Of a stretch of DNA of 36,461 nt, positions 30,345 through 36,461 are shown piece by piece. The notes under the pieces are model-generated. The model saw only the letters and a program-made list of their open reading frames with translations, was not told the origin of the DNA and did not search any database. Origin of the DNA: Verrucomicrobiota bacterium (GTDB lineage Bacteria > Verrucomicrobiota > Lentisphaeria > Lentisphaerales > Lentisphaeraceae). The stretch lies in NCBI GenBank assembly GCA_039798785.1, contig JBDKFG010000050.1, positions 1 to 36,461 on the forward strand, in the 5' to 3' direction. Position 1 is the first letter of the stretch; each line of letters starts with the position of its first letter. A program made the translations under genes and the position numbers.

Positions 30345-30839
30345 TTAAGCGTTGTTGGAAGAGTTTTTCTCTGCGTGGGCGTGCAGGGCGCGGACAAGCA
30401 TGGTGGGGGCTTCGAGCAGGGTGCGGAGCAAGTGGGCGCGGGCGCCGTCCTTGGTCAGCATGTCGGCTACGGCCTCGGCGGCTTTGCCTTCGAAGATCTG
30501 GTCTTCGAAGTAGGCGGCTTTGAACTGAACCTTGTCATTGTCCTTGGCGAAGGCCTTGATGACCTTGGCGGTCTCGGGGGCTTCACCTTTGCCGAAGGCG
30601 AGAGCGGTGCCGCCGGTGAGGGCGATGTCCGCGATCTTGGCGTAGGGTTTGCCAAGGGCCGCCTTGTGGATAAGCTGGTTCTTGTGAACCTGCAGTTTCA
30701 CGCCTTTGGCGCGGAGCTGAGCTTTCAGCTCTTCCTGCTTCTTCACGGTGAGCCCCATGTAGGAGATCATGATGAAGTGGCTCGAAGCATCCAGTTGCGA
30801 CTGGATCTGCTTGACGATAGTGGGTTTCTCAGGTCTCAT
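30345..30839 (-). CDS. rplJ: 50S ribosomal protein L10
   Basis: MRPEK, Y.GLTV, V.KN.L, L.GGTALAF; lies between rplA and rplL. Confidence 0.96.
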   Translation of the reverse strand: MRPEKPTIVKQIQSQLDASSHFIMISYMGLTVKKQEELKAQLRAKGVKLQVHKNQLIHKAALGKPYAKIADIALTGGTALAFGKGEAPETAKVIKAFAKDNDKVQFKAAYFEDQIFEGKAAEAVADMLTKDGARAHLLRTLLEAPTMLVRALHAHAEKNSSNNA

Positions 30840-30841
30840 GG

Positions 30842-31540
30842 TCAGATCCTCACGAATTCCTTGAGGTCCACCTTCACACCGGGAGACATGGTGGCGCTGA
30901 GCGTGCAGCTGAGCATGTAGGTACCGCGAGCGGCAGAGGGACGGGCCCGCTGGATCGCGCTGATGATGGTCTTGGCGTTGTCGACGATCTTGGCGGCGTC
31001 GAAGGAGAGCTTGCCGGCGAGAACCTGGGCAGCTCCGCCTTTGTCGGCGCGGAATTCGACACGGCCACCTTTCGATTCGGTGACGGCCTTGCCGGTGTCA
31101 TCAGTGACGGTACCGGTTTTGGGGTTCGGCATCAGGCCTTTCGGACCGAGGACGCGACCGAGGGTACGGACCTTGGTCATGGCGGCCGGAGTGGCGATCA
31201 TGACGTCGAAGTCGGTCCAGCCGCCCTTGATCTTTTCGATCAGGTCGTCCATGCCGACGGCGTCGGCGCCAGCCTTCTGGGCGGCGGCGGCGGCATCGCC
31301 TTCAGCGACGCAGATGACGCGGACGCTCTTGCCGGTGCCGTGAGGCAGTGAAACGGCGCCGCGGACGGTCTGGTCGGACTGACGGGGGTCGATACCGAGG
31401 TTGAAAGCGATGTCGATCGATTCGTCGAACTTGGCAGCGGGCATCTTCTTGAGGAGCGCGACGGCTTCGTCAAGAGTGTAGTACTTGCTGCGATCGACGA
31501 GGGCGACGCGCGATTTGTAGAGTTTGGAACGCGATTTCAC
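30842..31540 (-). CDS. rplA: 50S ribosomal protein L1
   Basis: [41 protein letters not shown] start overlapping the rplK stop (GTGA). Confidence 0.98.
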   Translation of the reverse strand: MKSRSKLYKSRVALVDRSKYYTLDEAVALLKKMPAAKFDESIDIAFNLGIDPRQSDQTVRGAVSLPHGTGKSVRVICVAEGDAAAAAQKAGADAVGMDDLIEKIKGGWTDFDVMIATPAAMTKVRTLGRVLGPKGLMPNPKTGTVTDDTGKAVTESKGGRVEFRADKGGAAQVLAGKLSFDAAKIVDNAKTIISAIQRARPSAARGTYMLSCTLSATMSPGVKVDLKEFVRI

Positions 31541-31962
31541 GGAACCACCTCCACACCCATCGAGCGGGCGGTGCCCATGATCATGCGGTAAGCCGCTTCT
31601 TCGCTGTTGCACTTCATGTCTTTAGCCTTGGTCTTGTAGATTTCCTTGACCTGGGCCATGGTGATCTTGCCGACGAAGCCGGAGCCCGGCTTTTTCGAAC
31701 CCGACGGCAGGCCGGCGAGCTTCTTGATCAGGACCGAAGCCGGCGGCGACTTCAGGATGAAGGTGAACGAACGGTCTTGGTAGACGGTGATGACAACCGG
31801 GATGACCAGGCCGGCCATCGGTTGGGTAGCAGCGTTGAACTGCTTGCAGAACTCCATGATGTTCACGCCTTGGGAACCAAGTGCGGGACCGACCGGGGGT
31901 GCAGGGTTTGCTGCACCAGCCGGAATTTGGAGCCTGACTTCTCCTTTAACTTTCTTAGCCAT
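31537..31962 (-). CDS. rplK: 50S ribosomal protein L11
   Basis: [30 protein letters not shown]. Confidence 0.99.
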   Translation of the reverse strand: MAKKVKGEVRLQIPAGAANPAPPVGPALGSQGVNIMEFCKQFNAATQPMAGLVIPVVITVYQDRSFTFILKSPPASVLIKKLAGLPSGSKKPGSGFVGKITMAQVKEIYKTKAKDMKCNSEEAAYRMIMGTARSMGVEVVP

Positions 31963-31989
31963 TTTCCTCCCCTGTAACGGAATGGCGGT

Positions 31990-32574
31990 TTATGTATTGG
32001 GTTCTTTCTCGACCCGCTCGACCTGCCAGCACTCGACTTCGATGGGAGTTTCCCGACCGAAGATGGTGACGGAGACCTGGATCTTGCCGCGATCAAGATC
32101 GAGTGCGACGATGGCTCCTTCGAAGTTCTCGAAGGCGCCGTCTTTGATCTTGACCACTTCCCCGATGCTGAACTGAATCTTCGGCTTGGCAGCCTTGTCT
32201 TCGCTAGCAGCTTGGACCTTGAGTTTCATTTCCTCAATTTCCGCATCCTGGAGGGCCACGGGGCACTCGCCGCCCAGGAAGTTGATGATGCCGTTGGTGG
32301 CCTTGACGAAATGCCAGACGTCCTCGCGGATCTTGCCGGCGTCGTCGGTGAGGTCCAAATGCATGAAAATGTAGCCCGGATAGAATTTCCGGTTGACTGT
32401 GATCTTGCGGCCCTGACGGACCTCAACCACTTTTTCGGTCGGAACGAGGACTTCATGCACGAAGTCGTTCATTTCCTTGTTCTCAGTGGCGACGCGGCGC
32501 TCAAGGGATTCCTTGGCCTTCATCTCCTTACCGGAGAGAGTCTGCACTGTATACCATTTACCGCGTTTATCCAT
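31990..32574 (-). CDS. nusG: Transcription factor NusG
   Basis: WYTVQTLSG.E, YPGYIF, KOW motif DGAFENFEG, IFGRETP. Confidence 0.98.
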   Translation of the reverse strand: MDKRGKWYTVQTLSGKEMKAKESLERRVATENKEMNDFVHEVLVPTEKVVEVRQGRKITVNRKFYPGYIFMHLDLTDDAGKIREDVWHFVKATNGIINFLGGECPVALQDAEIEEMKLKVQAASEDKAAKPKIQFSIGEVVKIKDGAFENFEGAIVALDLDRGKIQVSVTIFGRETPIEVECWQVERVEKEPNT

Positions 32575-32617
32575 GAAGAGCTGTCCTTGTCGGGTCTGCC
32601 TCTACGGGCGTTTCCCG

Positions 32618-32806
32618 TCAGATTGCTTGGATGAGATTGCCGAGGAAGAAGTCGGCACCCATGATGAACAGGGCCAGAGCCGCGCCGACCGCGAGAACCA
32701 GGACGGTCGAAGAGATGACTTCCTTGCCCGAGGGCCAGGTGCAGCGCCGGAGCTCTTCTGTGACGTCAGTGGCGTAGCGTGAGACTTTGCGGAGGGGGTT
32801 GTTCAT
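32618..32806 (-). CDS. secE: Preprotein translocase SecE
   Basis: EELRRCTWPS plus one TM helix, between tRNA-Trp and nusG. Confidence 0.93.
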   Translation of the reverse strand: MNNPLRKVSRYATDVTEELRRCTWPSGKEVISSTVLVLAVGAALALFIMGADFFLGNLIQAI

Positions 32807-32847
32807 GATGGATTGCTTTCTTGTTCTTCATTCTTTATTTCGGAAAG

Positions 32848-32923
32848 TGGCAGGCGAGACAGGGGTCGAACCTGCGACCTACGGTTTTGGAGACCGACGC
32901 TCTGCCAACTGAGCTACTCGCCT
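32848..32923 (-). tRNA. tRNA-Trp (CCA)
   Basis: AGGCGAG acceptor stem, anticodon loop CT-CCA-AA, GGTTCGA T-arm, encoded CCA; 76 nt. Confidence 0.97.
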
Positions 32924-32943
32924 ACCTTCCGAAACTGCTTTGA

Positions 32944-33096
32944 TTACCGGGTCTCGCGGTACAGAGTGTGGCGGCGAACCTTGGGATTGTACTTCTTCTT
33001 CTCAAGACGACCGGGGGTGTTGGTCTTGCTCTTGGTCGAGGAGTAGGTGCGCTCACCGGTCTCGGTGCACTGCAAGATGATGATTTCGCGGGGCAT
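32944..33096 (-). CDS. rpmG: 50S ribosomal protein L33 (absent from the ORF track)
   Basis: Hand translation: MPREIIILQCTETGERTYSSTKSKTNTPGRLEKKKYNPKVRRHTLYRETR*; AAGGA SD. Confidence 0.96.
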   Translation of the reverse strand: MPREIIILQCTETGERTYSSTKSKTNTPGRLEKKKYNPKVRRHTLYRETR

Positions 33097-33121
33097 AAGT
33101 CAGTTCCTTTGTCGTTTCAGA

Positions 33122-34321
<1,200 letters not shown>

Positions 34322-34360
34322 GGTGCATGTCCTTTTTCAAGTGTGTTTTTCTGGGGATTC

Positions 34361-34436
<76 letters not shown>

Positions 34437-34450
34437 GAAAGGCGGCTGTG

Positions 34451-34478
34451 ACTTTACCCCCCCGGAATGCTCTGTCAA
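34451..34478 (-). promoter_or_regulatory. Putative sigma70 promoter for tRNA-Thr/tuf
   Basis: TTGACA-N16-TAAAGT with GC-rich discriminator CACAGCCGCC. Confidence 0.7.
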
Positions 34479-34505
34479 GAGATTCCGGAGGAATTTTTCA
34501 GCTGC

Positions 34506-36179
34506 TTACTTCTTCTCGACGTTCAGTCCTTCGAGGGCGGAGTCGAAGAACTCGCCGATGCCGCCGAAACTCTCGTTGCGAGCGACATAGGAGCTTGCAT
34601 CGCTGCGCAGCGACAGTCCGATGCGACGCTCTTCAGTGTCGATCTTGATGACGCGGGCTTCGATGTCATCGCCGGGATTGACGATGTCTTTGACTTTCGC
34701 GACTTTTTTGTCGGAGAGCTGGGTGATGTGGATCAGGCCGTCGATGCCGTGATCGAGTTCCACGAAGGCCCCGTAGGAGGTGACCTTGGTGATCTTGCCC
34801 TTGACCATCGAGTCGAGCTTGAAGAGAGTCTCGATGTTGCTCCAGGGATCGTTGCCGGCCTGCTTCATGCCGAGGCTGATGCGCTGCTGCTCGGCGCTGA
34901 TCTCGAGAACGAGAGCTTCGACGTCGTCGCCCTTCTTCAGGACTTCGGCGGGGTTGGTGACCTTGCGGGTCCAGCTCATGTCCGAAACGTGAACCATGCC
35001 GTCAATGCCGGGTTCGATTTCGATGAAGGCACCGTAAGTGGTGAGGTTGCGGACTTTGCCTTTGACGGTGGCGCCAACGGGGTACTTGCGGGCGATGGCG
35101 TCCCAGGGATTCTCGGTGGTCTGACGGAGACCGAGCGAGATCTTCTTGGCTTCGGGCTGGACGTCGAGAATGATGCACTCGATCTCGTCGCCGGTGTTGA
35201 GCATGTCGCTAGCACGGGTGACGCGCTTGGTCCAGCTCATTTCGGAAACGTGGATCAGGCCTTCGATGCCGGGCTCGATCTCGACGAAGGCGCCGTAAGG
35301 CATGATGTTGACCACTTTGCCCTTGACTTTCGAACGGACCGGGAAACGGCCGGCGATCTCTTCCCAAGGGTCTTTCGACTTCTGCTTAAGGCCGAGGGAG
35401 ACGCGGCGCTTGTCGGCGTCGATGTCGAGAACCATGACTTCGATGGTCTGGCCGATGGTGAGCATTTCAGAGGGGTGCGAGATGCGGCCCCAGCTCATGT
35501 CGGTGATGTGGAGGAGTCCGTCCATGCCGTCGAGGTCGATGAAGGCACCGAAGTCGGTGATGTTCTTGACCGTGCCGCGGCGGATGTCGCCACGACGCAT
35601 GTCGCGCAGGATCGCGTCTTTCTGCGATTCGCGGGCGGCTTCAAGCAGCTCGCGGCGGGAAAGGATGATGTTCTTGCGGTCGGAGTTGATCTTGATGATC
35701 TTGAACTCAAACTCGCGGCCGACGTACTCGTCGAGGTTGCGGACCGGGCCGATGTCGACGTGCGAACCGGGAAGGAAGGCGTCGACGCCGATGTCAACAA
35801 TCAGACCGCCCTTGACACGGAACTTGGCGGCGCCGCGGACGATGTCGCCTTCTTTATACAGCTCGAGGAGCTTGTCCCAGGCCTTCTGCAGTTCGGCCTT
35901 GGCGACGCTGATGGTCGGCATGTTGTTTTCGTCTTCGATGGTCTCGAGGTAGACGTCGACGACGTCGCCGATGGCCAGCTGTTCCCAGTTGCGGAACTCT
36001 TCCTTGGAGACGAAACCTTCGGCCTTGAAACCGATGTCGACCAGGGCGCCGTTGTCGCGCTTCTCAGCGATGGTGCCCTTGACGAGGCGGCCTTCGATGT
36101 AGTCTTTGGTGCTGGTATCGACTTGGCCCATGAGGTCGGCCATGCTGGGCATGCTATCGAGGTTGATGAAGTTGATCAT
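34506..36179 (-). CDS. rpsA: 30S ribosomal protein S1
   Basis: Six S1 domains (DIGFKAEG, AFLPGSHVD, DGLLHITDMSW, EGLIHVSEMSW, DGMVHVSDMSW, DGLIHITQLS). Start likely at MINF (36179) or the slightly later Met. Confidence 0.98.
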   Translation of the reverse strand: MINFINLDSMPSMADLMGQVDTSTKDYIEGRLVKGTIAEKRDNGALVDIGFKAEGFVSKEEFRNWEQLAIGDVVDVYLETIEDENNMPTISVAKAELQKAWDKLLELYKEGDIVRGAAKFRVKGGLIVDIGVDAFLPGSHVDIGPVRNLDEYVGREFEFKIIKINSDRKNIILSRRELLEAARESQKDAILRDMRRGDIRRGTVKNITDFGAFIDLDGMDGLLHITDMSWGRISHPSEMLTIGQTIEVMVLDIDADKRRVSLGLKQKSKDPWEEIAGRFPVRSKVKGKVVNIMPYGAFVEIEPGIEGLIHVSEMSWTKRVTRASDMLNTGDEIECIILDVQPEAKKISLGLRQTTENPWDAIARKYPVGATVKGKVRNLTTYGAFIEIEPGIDGMVHVSDMSWTRKVTNPAEVLKKGDDVEALVLEISAEQQRISLGMKQAGNDPWSNIETLFKLDSMVKGKITKVTSYGAFVELDHGIDGLIHITQLSDKKVAKVKDIVNPGDDIEARVIKIDTEERRIGLSLRSDASSYVARNESFGGIGEFFDSALEGLNVEKK

Positions 36180-36461
36180 TGTGGTCTTTTTGCTTCGATC
36201 GGCAGCGTGATGCCGGGTTGTTGATGGTTGTTGGCTCCGGCTTTCGCCGGAAAACCGCATTTCTCACGCAAATGCGGCGAGGGGCGCATAAAATGCTTCC
36301 ATCTGCTGACATTGCAAGCCCATACACAAAATCAAAAACAACTAAAACAACGCCCCTCGATCTTAGATGGTTACCGCTTCACATGATACACGCCGTGTAT
36401 CATAATCACAAAACTAAGCAAATGAATAATTTGGGGTGTCTTTGCGAGCGAAAGTCGGGAA

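Noticed and set aside
31541..31612. N-terminal extension of L1 in the ORF track
   Set aside because: Lies within rplK; the GTG at 31540 gives a normal-length L1.

Overview
GC-rich bacterial chromosomal window, very likely from a PVC-superphylum organism (RpoB carries the DRRRRRRKFL signature; a Zn-ribbon Ser/Thr kinase and a DUF2330-type protein fit; Lentisphaerota/Verrucomicrobiota is my best guess). The right 16 kb is the core cluster on the minus strand: rpsA, tRNA-Thr(GGT), tuf, rpmG, tRNA-Trp, secE, nusG, rplK-rplA-rplJ-rplL, rpoB, rpoC, rpsL, rpsG. It stops at a terminator and a heptamer-repeat array where fusA would normally follow. The left 20 kb holds a 5'-truncated giant RTX/T1SS-type surface protein, PBP2, a membrane Ser/Thr kinase, a GbsR-like regulator with gamma-carbonic anhydrase and DUF445 genes, a stand-alone divergent biotin carboxylase, a Gfo/Idh/MocA oxidoreductase, an MFS nucleoside-type symporter, a DUF2330-like protein, mtaB and hypotheticals. 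Most notable: (1) a promoter-bearing, ~190-nt rod-shaped candidate ncRNA (6S-like) at ~12922-13120; (2) an oxidoreductase fused to a 69-aa histone-H1-like Lys/Ala tail; (3) a serralysin domain in the adhesin that has lost its HExxH motif; (4) natural RpoB H526A and S12 K88R antibiotic-resistance-type alleles. All assignments come from motif recognition by eye; no searches were run.
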